From a virus (Duplodnaviria > Caudoviricetes), in the IMG/VR virus record IMGVR_UViG_3300013121_000047, positions 64,001 to 128,000 of that record: DNA of 64,000 nucleotides, one strand, 5' to 3'. The position numbers and the translations under genes were made by a program. This document shows, in pieces, positions 21,901 through 30,831 of the stretch. Positions within the stretch are counted from its first letter, which is position 1; each line of letters opens with the position of its first letter. The notes under the pieces were generated by a model. The model was not told the DNA's origin and did not search any database. It saw only the letters and a program-made list of their open reading frames with translations.

Positions 21901-22232
21901 AAAGAGTCTACGAAATTTTCATAGTCTTTTTTTGTTCCGTCAAATGGAAACTTATTTATAATTGTTTTAAAAGCTTCGTTTGTTTTAACTCTTGCAGAAT
22001 TAAAAAAAACATGTTCAGATAAATTTGACCAATCAACATTTAATTGCTGTGTAGAACGAATCCCAGACTCAAAAGGGTCATATCTATACGAAGATGTTGA
22101 GGCAACACTAATATTATCATCTAATAAAAACTGTTGATAAGTTGTACCACTGTTACTACTTTCATCATACGTTTTTGTATCAAAAAAATTAGGTTTTAAA
22201 GTAACCAATATGTTAGCGTTATTTTTGGACAT
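18906..22232 (-). CDS. Baseplate/tail protein with two LamG-like domains
   Basis: WNHICYVW...GGIDELRIWHKKL...LKLYYKFNE and FDGKISQIKFWSK; KGTRHSINLFLRSIG resembles tail protein I/gp7 wedge. ATG 22232 preferred over TTG 22268. Confidence 0.65.
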   Translation of the reverse strand: MSKNNANILVTLKPNFFDTKTYDESSNSGTTYQQFLLDDNISVASTSSYRYDPFESGIRSTQQLNVDWSNLSEHVFFNSARVKTNEAFKTIINKFPFDGTKKDYENFVDSLSGYQKYILNEFPYNFGYFYSEGNGFITTKDYSGIGDLEISINKSGLSILNPTNSIDLSIENWIYLPTGSNSNQIILQKASGSHGINLWSSASAATTSCSIGLTINSGSFSLNLSNSIEKGLWNHICYVWNRSDGENKIEFYLNGYKQATSQKIEIKDLDINNANLTIFSGSSFSNNGATFIPTSVLTGGIDELRIWHKKLDENFIVNNNKRNVFQNSDLKLYYKFNEPENTTKNIILDYSSNNLFGAFQSRSFSTSSYGTSPLIYEQPELNPILFSNIESVSTLRSLLLTTASLYDSENPSLITNLIPPHYFMEGQNQADSGTEDGDIVDTISGSLPKTVELGSTQTLNSLLFATADFFDEIQIFIKEFGNLIHVEYDDNKIISDYFLNFLAKRYGISLPNFFPNSDIDQFLYGNNIDSEYSSNLGISLKEIQNKIWRRILVNANDILNSKGTRHSINLFLRSIGIEPYSFFKVKEYGGPIQRKLNSSYEVRQEQFNFLSFNSSSSVSSSFLSSSRVEPGYPQIAGISSDGFLTSGSWTFEGFYILSGNISTTQSLARLSTFCTASNKEATLFNLSTNGNSLILKGLPNSNFSIDQSMSLSLTGSFNLFNNEPWYISFGRQRADSILNNSSLSSSYFIRIGKQLQGQVIEYYSKSLWYDDAQGSVNTNLLSNKPISSSFVSSGLYLCFGSASFTGSLLSSSSITNYFDGKISQIKFWSKDITESETLEHIRNPKSIGTDNPLINNQFERVQSGSFEKIRAIVDMDQVTSWSNSNGNITLADFSQNNLHFYGYGFATSSLVFEKRNIRFGSLASSFDEAITENKVRVRSLQSVLNYSDPFIESAPVYELQMDEQPADTTKVSIDFSPVNVLNDDIVNMFGSYEILNDILGDPSNLYSTEYPDFETLRRLYFDRLTSPMNLKAYFEFYKWFNSTLSNFITSLLSKNVKFKGINYIIQPHLLERSKVQYMSYNQYLNRTNVASNSNQLLNQLINGVIKKF

Positions 22233-22264
22233 ATCACAATTATAGATATTTCCATATATTACTT

Positions 22265-23842
22265 TCAAACAACTTTAAATCTATAACCTAAATTTTTAAA
22301 GTAAATAGAATTATCTGAACTTGAGTTTTTCATAAATTCAAATTCATAAACTTTATTTTTTATTAAATTGTTCATATCCATATTAAAATATAATCCATTG
22401 TTATCATAAGATAGTTTAGTTGCTGAACTTTCTGTTGTAAATGGAATAACTTCATCTTTGGTATACGCATCTAATACTCTATAATATACGTCTTTACTTA
22501 AAAGTTGTTGTGAAGTTTCAAAACGAGAAAATTTAGTTATAGAACTAGGATTATTTGTTAACAAAACATCAAACCTTACCTGTTGTTGATTTCTATATTC
22601 TTGTTTGAAATTTAAAATTGAGAGAATCAGCGCGTTATCAATCGATCCACCAGAAAAAGTAGAATAGTTTTTAAATTTAAGCATAGGCCCTGCACTAAGC
22701 AGAATTTGACCGTCAGTAGATTTCCAGTATTGATTAAAATAAATTTCTTGTAGACTATTCGAATGGAAAGAAACAAACTCGGAACTATTATAGTCGATAT
22801 TTGCGGTGGAAAAATAGCTACCAGTTTGGTATTTTCCACCAATGCTAAGTTGAGAACCAGAGAATGACTGACTGTAATAAACTATTGACCTAGTATTATA
22901 CGATATACTTTTAGAGTGCGAGGTACTAAAAGAAGTTGTTGTATATGAAATTGATCTAGACGTTATGAGTGTTAATAGTAAACAATTAGACCCTGTTAGT
23001 TCGCTAGCACCAGAAATAAAATTTGAATATGACTCAAATTTCTTATTTTTAATACCAATTTTGTTTGCAAAGTTGAAATATAATTCAGTGTTGTTTTCGA
23101 AGTTCGTGTTATCAAATAGGCAGACTAACTTTGGTTGATATTTTTCTTTGTTTATATGTCTAGATGCAAATCTTTTTACAAAATATGTTTCTGTTCCGTT
23201 TTCAATTGAGGCAGAAAGTGCTATTCGAAATCCATTGTTTTGAATTTGACCAGAAAAAACAGCAGAAACAAATGGTGTAATTTCAGTGTATAAATCTTCG
23301 TCTCCCGATTCAAAAGTTACCTGTTTTTCAAAATTTGTATAAAAGTCAACGTTAGAATCTCCCAAGGCTCCACTTGCATTTGCTCCGCTTACAGACCATG
23401 TAGCAAAAGAGCTTCCATTTTTACTGGAAGTAAGCCAATTAACTGAATCTAAGTCTCTATATTCGATTACATCAAATCCTATTCCTTCAGAAAAACTTTT
23501 GGCAAGCGGATTAACTGTAATAGTAAAATTTGATGGTGTTTGATCTCCGCCATAAATATTTTTTAGTGATAAATAAACTTTAAATGTTGGATCTGTAAAA
23601 TCTAAATAAGAACTCGTTAGGGTCTGTAAGCTAGACAAATCAAAATAAATGAGTCCACGCGAAGATTCTTTCAAGCTTTGACTTAGTGCAGAACCAGTGA
23701 GGCCGCTAACAGCTGTTTCATTGTATAGATAATAAATATCCAAAGAGGAAGCTAATCCAGTATTTGAACGAATTTGTCTCTCACTGTTAATCCACTTGTT
23801 TTGTATATATGCATCTTTTGAAGCTTTTATGATTTTATACAT
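22265..23842 (-). CDS. Baseplate-associated structural protein (DNRLRE-like N-terminus)
   Basis: ASKDAYIQ...SRGLIYFDLSSL...QNNGFRI...PKLV pattern. Confidence 0.5.
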   Translation of the reverse strand: MYKIIKASKDAYIQNKWINSERQIRSNTGLASSLDIYYLYNETAVSGLTGSALSQSLKESSRGLIYFDLSSLQTLTSSYLDFTDPTFKVYLSLKNIYGGDQTPSNFTITVNPLAKSFSEGIGFDVIEYRDLDSVNWLTSSKNGSSFATWSVSGANASGALGDSNVDFYTNFEKQVTFESGDEDLYTEITPFVSAVFSGQIQNNGFRIALSASIENGTETYFVKRFASRHINKEKYQPKLVCLFDNTNFENNTELYFNFANKIGIKNKKFESYSNFISGASELTGSNCLLLTLITSRSISYTTTSFSTSHSKSISYNTRSIVYYSQSFSGSQLSIGGKYQTGSYFSTANIDYNSSEFVSFHSNSLQEIYFNQYWKSTDGQILLSAGPMLKFKNYSTFSGGSIDNALILSILNFKQEYRNQQQVRFDVLLTNNPSSITKFSRFETSQQLLSKDVYYRVLDAYTKDEVIPFTTESSATKLSYDNNGLYFNMDMNNLIKNKVYEFEFMKNSSSDNSIYFKNLGYRFKVV

Positions 23843-23844
23843 GT

Positions 23845-25695
23845 TTAAATTGCCGATCCTAAAATATCGTTAGTTTTATACTTTAATTCAAATATTCCAC
23901 CATTCGGAGGAAGAATAATGTTTTTCTTTGTATTTGCATCAAAATTATATGAAACGTTACTATAAGTTCTATCTCCAATCGTACCAGACAAGTTTGAAAA
24001 TTTTATATATTCCAAAGATAAAACACCTACATTATTATAAATAATATTAGTAATCTCAGAAATGTTGATAGGCTGATCAATTTGAAAATTATCAACATTG
24101 AAATATTTTTCAATTTTTTTGTTAATATTTTGGATTATGATTTGTTTATTTTGATTTTTAGCAATATGGACTTGATATTCAATCTTGAAATTTAAAATTT
24201 GTGCGTCTAAAATGTCAAACGAATCTGGGATTACTCTAAATTCATTTAGATATTTGCTTAAATTTTGTTTTAAAGTATCGTTACTTACTGTTAGTGTATT
24301 ATCTGAAGCTTTTGATATGACATATAACAGTGATGAATTATTATTCCATGGATTCGTTCTAATCCCAACTCTAAAAACTCTCCCAAATGAAGATGGCATA
24401 GTATATACTCTTGCAATAACATCTCTGATTTCAACTACTCTCGACTGTGCGGCAGCGAATGCTGGTATAAATGTTTTCAATTCATCAATAGTTAAAGCAT
24501 CAAGACCACCAGAAGCATCTTTTAAATTGTAAACCTTAATCGAATTTTTTACATAATTGGCATTTTCTCTAGAAATAGTTTCTGGAAAATTAATATATAA
24601 AGTATCAACGTTGTTAGATATTGAGTTTGAATTAACATTATGTCTTAAGCCCCCACCATATCGATAAGTTATTGTTACTGTACTATTTGGAACAACTGTC
24701 CCAAGTGTATTAGTTGAAAGTAAATTGTTTGGATTTAATGTTATGCGACCAAATGTTTGTTTTCCATATAAGGGCAAAGCAAATTTTGAAGGTTCTGGGA
24801 TTAAGTCATTATCTGTTGTTGCCGCACTTCCTCCGCCAAAGCGCAATGTAACTAATCCAGTTGACAAACTATTTTGTTTTGTAAACCTATACGGCGCAGC
24901 CTTTAAAAACAACGAGCTTTCAGATTCATCGCTATCACTCTGCAAATTTTCTTGTTTTAAAAACACCGTATCGTTCGCTAAATTTTCGACTTCGTAATAT
25001 TCGTTTCCTTCATTATCCACAACACTGATAATATCGGTTACGTTTTCATATGATAAAGTATATGTTTTAAATGGTTCAAATCCATTAAAAGTAAAAGAGT
25101 CAACAGCAGTTTGGCCAGAGATACATATCTCTGATAATTTCATTGAAAAAAATGTTGGATTATTGCTACTATCTCGCTGGGACACTTCAATAGTCGCTTT
25201 ATATTGATTATTTTTATCTTTTTTTGAAAAGTCTACATTTTTAGTTAAATTAAAAACAATTCCTTGTTTACTTGTTAAAATAGTGCCCTCATCTATTCGT
25301 ATTAAACAGGTTTCATCAACAGAATATCCAAGATTTGATCTAACCGCAGGTACTTCAATTTCAAATGTCACCTCTACAACAGAAGGAGTAGCACCAGTCA
25401 TAGGCACTCTATTATCTCTTAAATGTCTTTCAATATTCCTTGGTTCTACAGCTGTTTCTGGAGAAAGTTCATGAAATTGATGGTCCAAATAAAAAGATTG
25501 CGTGTCTCCAACCATTGAAACAACATCTAAAAACATTCCCATAAAACTCCCAATCGATAAATCTTTTATTTTATCAGAATAATATGTTCTGATATGTTTT
25601 TCCATTTCATTTCTGAATCCTTGGAAATCTTTATTTAAATACGAACGCGCAATAACCTGTTTTAAAACTTCTTTTTTTGATAGATCAGATGACAT
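23845..25695 (-). CDS. Baseplate wedge subunit (T4 gp6 / baseplate J-like)
   Basis: YLNKDFQGFR, LRFGGG, ITYRYGGG, ASGGLD...AQSRVV motifs; adjacent to gp25-like gene. Confidence 0.85.
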   Translation of the reverse strand: MSSDLSKKEVLKQVIARSYLNKDFQGFRNEMEKHIRTYYSDKIKDLSIGSFMGMFLDVVSMVGDTQSFYLDHQFHELSPETAVEPRNIERHLRDNRVPMTGATPSVVEVTFEIEVPAVRSNLGYSVDETCLIRIDEGTILTSKQGIVFNLTKNVDFSKKDKNNQYKATIEVSQRDSSNNPTFFSMKLSEICISGQTAVDSFTFNGFEPFKTYTLSYENVTDIISVVDNEGNEYYEVENLANDTVFLKQENLQSDSDESESSLFLKAAPYRFTKQNSLSTGLVTLRFGGGSAATTDNDLIPEPSKFALPLYGKQTFGRITLNPNNLLSTNTLGTVVPNSTVTITYRYGGGLRHNVNSNSISNNVDTLYINFPETISRENANYVKNSIKVYNLKDASGGLDALTIDELKTFIPAFAAAQSRVVEIRDVIARVYTMPSSFGRVFRVGIRTNPWNNNSSLLYVISKASDNTLTVSNDTLKQNLSKYLNEFRVIPDSFDILDAQILNFKIEYQVHIAKNQNKQIIIQNINKKIEKYFNVDNFQIDQPINISEITNIIYNNVGVLSLEYIKFSNLSGTIGDRTYSNVSYNFDANTKKNIILPPNGGIFELKYKTNDILGSAI

Positions 25696-25709
25696 AACAG
25701 TTCTAAATA

Positions 25710-26177
25710 TTACGTTGTAAATAACTCAATTTTTATAAAAGCATTATAAATTTCTAATTTTGGGACAACGAAATTTATAAGAATGTCAACTTTTGTAACT
25801 GAATCATACGCATTTCTGGTTGCTTTTGAACTAAAACCTTTAAGATCAACATAAGGCATATAATCTCGAACTGCTGTTTTAATTCGAGACTGAACTTCAT
25901 ACTCAAAATTATCTACACTTGAGTAATCAAGCACCACTTCTCTTAAATTTGCACCAAAAAAATAACGTCCAAGTCGTTCGCCGTGGTTTGTTAGCAATAA
26001 ATTTTTTAAATTATCTTTAACAACTTCTGCAATATCGGTTGTCGTTTCAAAAAAAGTTTCACTTGAATCACTAATTGCAAGTGGTGTTAAAATTCCAATA
26101 GGAGTTTCGGAAACAGTAGGATTAGTTAAATTTTTTGTATCATAAATTTTATAGCCAACGTTTTCAAAACTTATCAT
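25710..26177 (-). CDS. Baseplate wedge / sheath initiator (T4 gp25-like)
   Basis: NLKNLLLTNHGERLGRYFFGANL...YMPYV GPW/gp25 signature. Confidence 0.9.
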   Translation of the reverse strand: MISFENVGYKIYDTKNLTNPTVSETPIGILTPLAISDSSETFFETTTDIAEVVKDNLKNLLLTNHGERLGRYFFGANLREVVLDYSSVDNFEYEVQSRIKTAVRDYMPYVDLKGFSSKATRNAYDSVTKVDILINFVVPKLEIYNAFIKIELFTT

Positions 26178-26186
26178 AATAAATAA

Positions 26187-26432
26187 TTATCTAACTTTAG
26201 TAAATTGTGTAAATGTAGGACCAGGAATAGGTACTCCTGCTGGAGCAGGGCACGTAATTGAAGTTGTTATTGTTAACAATCTTAGTCCTATTTGTGCTTG
26301 AACATATTCATCAATGGTTGACGCCAAATTTTCTGCCATTTGTTGTTTTATTTGTTCTGCAGTTTGTTGAGAATCTGTTGGTTCTTGTGATAAAATTCTT
26401 AATAATTTTTGTTTTAGTTCTATTTTATTCAT
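26187..26432 (-). CDS. Small baseplate-associated protein (possible spike tip)
   Basis: Between spike-like gene and gp25; LASTIDEYV followed by Pro-rich CPAPAGVPIPGP. Confidence 0.45.
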   Translation of the reverse strand: MNKIELKQKLLRILSQEPTDSQQTAEQIKQQMAENLASTIDEYVQAQIGLRLLTITTSITCPAPAGVPIPGPTFTQFTKVR

Positions 26433-26434
26433 TG

Positions 26435-28033
26435 TTATTCACCAAAAATTTTCGCTGACTTTGCATCTTCAGGTTTTATTGTTTCAATTTTATTTTTCAT
26501 TTCTATTATTTTAGCTTGTGTCTGAACAGCACCAACTGCACTTGTGCCGATAGCATTCAATGATGCTATTGGAGCAAATGGGACCGCAAAACTTGTTTTA
26601 AATGCGGTGTCGTACAAAGTTGCCATTTGATTAACATGATCTGCCAAAGCATTAAATTGAGCTTTTAACTCATCTATGTGTTTTTTATATATACTCCATT
26701 TTATATAAGGTTCCACTTCTTGGGTTGCTTTCCCGAAAAAAATACGAGAACCTTCTATTTGGATTTTACCTTCTTTGTTTAAGAAAATAAATGATAAATC
26801 TCTATCGGGCTGCCCTTCTTTGATAAGTAATAATGAACCATCAACCCCTGGGTTTTCTGATTTTCTTGCAATAAATCTTAAATGGTCACTTTTTTGGACA
26901 ATATAAGCATTACCATAATAGTTTGATACAATATTTGGCTGTTCTACTTTTAATGTATTTGTTGGATATCGAATTCCTCCAACTACTGAAGAATCAAGTT
27001 TAAAGTAAAAATCTGCTTTTGAATTCATTGAAATATAAAGATGAGAAGCGTCTTTATCGAAATCTATTTTTCCTTCATTTGAATTTTGCTCTCTATTTCT
27101 CTGAAACTCAACCTTATCTGTTTCAAATTTATTAAATTTGTTTTTAACAACTAGTGCTGATGTTTTTTTGGCATCGTTTATTGTGTTATCTGTTTCGCTT
27201 AAAAAATTACGACCCCTACCTGCAACCAACGAAATTGCACCCGCGTAATTCGTCTCAGAAAACTGAGGGCCTTTTGTTAGCGAGTTTGTATTTTTTTCCC
27301 AATAGTCATCACTTAAAAGAATTAAAGTATTATGGGAACCTTGAATAACAAAGTCTTTAGGGCGTTTAAAAAAACGAGGAACTGGTTCATATGTTTGAAA
27401 CTTTGCAGAAATTGACGAATCCCGTATTGTTTTAAATGGATTTTCGTTAGGTGTTCTTGGCTGCAAAGTATAGCGACCTTGCAATCCAGCTCCATTAGGA
27501 AATGCGGGTTGTGTGTCCACCGAAGCGTTACCAGATTCTCTTTTAAATTGTTCAAATCCTTCTTTTGTATTTTTTATATCAAAGGTTCTATCTGAATGAG
27601 TAAAATTCAAATCTTCTACTGCTATATTTTCGTGGGGTCTTGTTAGCCATCTTCCTAAACTTGAACCAAGATATGAATAATCTTCATATATCAAAAATAT
27701 AGATTCGCCAGCTTGAAGTGGAAATTGTATATGACTAGAAAAAAAAGGATAAACAATAACTGATGTTGAGTCAACCATATCTTGTCCATTATTGACTATT
27801 CTTGCCATTACAGACATTGCAGGCATTAAGTCAACAAATTGTTGATTTGCAACACTGGCCTTTATTGCTGTTTTTTCTTGTATAGTTAAAATTCGTGGGT
27901 CAGCAAAAATTTCTTGCACAACTGCTTTAAAAACAACTGGTGGGGCTCCATTTCTAAGCTGTCCAATAAGAGGGCGTCCTGCTTCTCCAACTCCACCAAC
28001 AGTTAGTCTTGAAACGTTAATATTATTAATCAT
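26435..28033 (-). CDS. Baseplate hub / central spike-like protein
   Basis: YPFFSSHIQFPLQAGESI OB-fold-like motif and DFVIQGSHNTLILL; position next to gp25/gp6. Confidence 0.55.
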   Translation of the reverse strand: MINNINVSRLTVGGVGEAGRPLIGQLRNGAPPVVFKAVVQEIFADPRILTIQEKTAIKASVANQQFVDLMPAMSVMARIVNNGQDMVDSTSVIVYPFFSSHIQFPLQAGESIFLIYEDYSYLGSSLGRWLTRPHENIAVEDLNFTHSDRTFDIKNTKEGFEQFKRESGNASVDTQPAFPNGAGLQGRYTLQPRTPNENPFKTIRDSSISAKFQTYEPVPRFFKRPKDFVIQGSHNTLILLSDDYWEKNTNSLTKGPQFSETNYAGAISLVAGRGRNFLSETDNTINDAKKTSALVVKNKFNKFETDKVEFQRNREQNSNEGKIDFDKDASHLYISMNSKADFYFKLDSSVVGGIRYPTNTLKVEQPNIVSNYYGNAYIVQKSDHLRFIARKSENPGVDGSLLLIKEGQPDRDLSFIFLNKEGKIQIEGSRIFFGKATQEVEPYIKWSIYKKHIDELKAQFNALADHVNQMATLYDTAFKTSFAVPFAPIASLNAIGTSAVGAVQTQAKIIEMKNKIETIKPEDAKSAKIFGE

Positions 28034-28533
28034 TTTTTCTTTTTAAGTGTGGATTCAGAATTTTTTTTAGGATCAAAAAAATTATTTATCATATTTTCGT
28101 TATCTGTTTTTTCTTTTTCTTCTCTTGCTTTATCTACAAGTTCTGCTAGTTTCAATAACTGCTGATTTGATTTCGTCATAATATCCATATATTTATGCAA
28201 AGTTTGTCCGTGCTGAAAATGCTTATCTTCGTTGTTATATGTTTTTACATACAAATCTAACCAAAGAGCAAATGCATTTTTTCTATCGGTCATTGCATTT
28301 GAATAAATTAAACGCCAAAGGCTAGCTAATCTAGGGTCTAATTCTAAATCAGTTAACAATAGTGTAAAATCTTGCAAACCAGATTTAACTTGAATTTTTA
28401 CATCTTCTGAAAGTTCATCTTCAATATTTGACAAAAAATTTTTTGCTTGAGAAATTTTTTCATTTTCGGAAAATTCTTTTTCTTCGATATCGATTTCCTC
28501 TTCGTTCTGAAATAAAATATCAGTTTCTTTCAT
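28030..28533 (-). CDS. Hypothetical helical protein
   Basis: 167 aa ORF overlapping both neighbours. Confidence 0.55.
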   Translation of the reverse strand: MKETDILFQNEEEIDIEEKEFSENEKISQAKNFLSNIEDELSEDVKIQVKSGLQDFTLLLTDLELDPRLASLWRLIYSNAMTDRKNAFALWLDLYVKTYNNEDKHFQHGQTLHKYMDIMTKSNQQLLKLAELVDKAREEKEKTDNENMINNFFDPKKNSESTLKKKK

Positions 28534-29264
28534 TATATATTTTCAACTTCCCTTTTTGTTTGTTTGTAAACTTTTTTAAGAGTTGAAAGTGTTGTCGATA
28601 ATTGTTTATTATTCATAAGAGTTGCATCTCTTAATAATGAAAGTGCAGTCTTTTTTGTTAAATCATCATACGAATTTATATTTGATATAATCTGTTCAAT
28701 ACTAGCAAGTACAAGTTTTTCATTTTCAGAAGTTGTTTTTCGCTGCATTTCAGCTATTATTTCTTTAATTTCTTGATATTTTTCATTTTGAATCATTGTA
28801 TCTTCTGAAGATGGATCAATTTTGTAATTTTCAATTGTTTCAATTTCATGATTCGTAAATGCTTCTGAATCTTCTAAAGAAATTAAGGAATGTGCATGTT
28901 TTGTTGCCTGCTTTGCTTCTACTATTAAATAATGTTTGGCAACGACGTTATAGTACGAAAATGCTTTAGATCCCTTAGTTTCATCAAACTTTGATATTAT
29001 TTGAAATAATTGGGCAACACATCTATCTCTAAGCTCTTCTTTTGTTTCATAGTTGGTTTTATAATTGTATACATTTATAAGATTTTCAACTAATTTTTTA
29101 AATGGTTCGTAAATTTTATCAACAAAAATTTCATGCTTTTTTTCTATGTTTTCTTCATATTTGAATTGAATCGCAGCTTCTTCGGTTTCTTTTGTAAAAT
29201 AATTGGCACTTGGACCAGAACCAGGTTTTCTTTTTATTATCTTTTTTCCGCGTTTGTTATTCAT
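28533..29264 (-). CDS. Phage sigma factor (gp55-like late sigma)
   Basis: NYFTKETE...KLVENLIN...KFDETKGSKAFSYYNVVAK sigma region-2-like motif. Confidence 0.75.
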   Translation of the reverse strand: MNNKRGKKIIKRKPGSGPSANYFTKETEEAAIQFKYEENIEKKHEIFVDKIYEPFKKLVENLINVYNYKTNYETKEELRDRCVAQLFQIISKFDETKGSKAFSYYNVVAKHYLIVEAKQATKHAHSLISLEDSEAFTNHEIETIENYKIDPSSEDTMIQNEKYQEIKEIIAEMQRKTTSENEKLVLASIEQIISNINSYDDLTKKTALSLLRDATLMNNKQLSTTLSTLKKVYKQTKREVENI

Positions 29265-29272
29265 TTTTATTT

Positions 29273-29635
29273 TTAACCAATATCTTCCGTAACCTTTGGA
29301 CTACCTTTTATTTTTATTTCGACTGTGGTGTTTATGTTAGAGTTAACCTCTTCTAGAAGTTGAATTACTCTTAATGTTGAATCCCTTGCTTCTTTTATGT
29401 TTTGAATAAATAGATTAAACCGTTCTCCTGCTTCTGGTGTAACAACGAAATATTCATTGTTTAAAATAGCAGTAGCTGCTGAAATACTTTTACTATTTAA
29501 CTCGATAAGTTCTGGAAAGGTATCTTCAAATAAAAAAATTATTCGAGCCATTGTTATAGACTTTTTCCAAAGAAAAAATAAACCAGAACAGAAAAGTAAA
29601 TTACAAATTACGCTAGCAATTAAAAAAAAGAGCAT
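29273..29635 (-). CDS. Small membrane-anchored protein
   Basis: N-terminal hydrophobic helix followed by WKK. Confidence 0.5.
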   Translation of the reverse strand: MLFFLIASVICNLLFCSGLFFLWKKSITMARIIFLFEDTFPELIELNSKSISAATAILNNEYFVVTPEAGERFNLFIQNIKEARDSTLRVIQLLEEVNSNINTTVEIKIKGSPKVTEDIG

Positions 29636-29640
29636 AAAAA

Positions 29641-30831
29641 TTATGATAAAAATAATTTATCGTAATGTTTTTTAATAGCTGAAAAAGAATATTTTTCTTT
29701 TATAATTGGTTGTAATTCTTTTGCCCACTGTTTTGGCATTTTACTATCTTGATAAAACTTTTGCATTCTGTATTTAACATCTTTTTCGATTGGGTTTGCC
29801 CATTGTGCCCCTTTCATAAAAATATTAGAATCTAATCTGGATTCATGAACGTCCGCTAGTTCATATTCGAATTTTATCCATTTTCCTAAATTTAAAAATT
29901 CAGTATGAGCAGACCAATTTGTAGCTAAAACAGGCAACCCAGCTGCTGCGGCATTTACCCCAGGAATAAAAAAACCTTCTGCGTGTGTTGGCGCAAGTAA
30001 TCCTTTAATTTTTTCATGATTAAAAAGTGAATAAATTTCTTCACTTGAAAGATTACCATGAACAATTGTTATCCTGGGATCTGTTTCAGAATTATATCCA
30101 AGTTCAAGGAGATATTGTTGAAAAGTTAATGCAGTAATACGTTTATCAATATGATTTGCACGAGCATAACCAGTTTTTAACACTAATCCAATGTTTGGAT
30201 TTCCCTTAAATTCTTCAATAAACCATTTTAAAGCAAATGGTATATTTTTTCTGTCATTAAAAGGATTGTTTCCTGTGACTTGTCCAAACATCAAAAAATT
30301 AAAATCAGCTTCAAGGTTAATTTCAATTGGCCTTACCTCTTTTTCAACTTCAAAAACTGGATCAAAGGATTCTGGAATTACTAAAATATCAGTAATCAGT
30401 TTAATTCCTGTTATTTCTGATGTTTTTAAGAATGTATCTCTTGTAAATTCTGATGGAACAACAACTTTTGACATACAGTTTATGGCACGAATCCAATCGG
30501 GGTTACAAATCGTGGTCTCAACACCAGCGGTAACTCCAATGTTTGTTTTTGCTTTTGATGCATCCCACTCATTTGGAAGTTGAACCTGGACAGATAAATC
30601 AAAAATAGATTTATTATCTTTTTCCGAAACCATGGATTGATAAATCCATCCGATTAATCCATCTTCTTGAGCAGTATCTACAATCGAATAACATTCTCCC
30701 CAAGGAGTCAATTCAAATCTTATATCAAATTTGTCTTGGTTTTCATAAAACCATTTCGCTATTTGTCTGGCGTGAACGCCATAACCCGAAGCAATTGTAA
30801 ATGGACCTCTTAAAAGAACTTTTTTTTTCAT
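29641..30831 (-). CDS. GT-B (GT4-like) glycosyltransferase
   Basis: SGYGVHAR, RKNI, HAEGFFIP...AAAAGLPVLATNWSAHTEF. Confidence 0.85.
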   Translation of the reverse strand: MKKKVLLRGPFTIASGYGVHARQIAKWFYENQDKFDIRFELTPWGECYSIVDTAQEDGLIGWIYQSMVSEKDNKSIFDLSVQVQLPNEWDASKAKTNIGVTAGVETTICNPDWIRAINCMSKVVVPSEFTRDTFLKTSEITGIKLITDILVIPESFDPVFEVEKEVRPIEINLEADFNFLMFGQVTGNNPFNDRKNIPFALKWFIEEFKGNPNIGLVLKTGYARANHIDKRITALTFQQYLLELGYNSETDPRITIVHGNLSSEEIYSLFNHEKIKGLLAPTHAEGFFIPGVNAAAAGLPVLATNWSAHTEFLNLGKWIKFEYELADVHESRLDSNIFMKGAQWANPIEKDVKYRMQKFYQDSKMPKQWAKELQPIIKEKYSFSAIKKHYDKLFLS

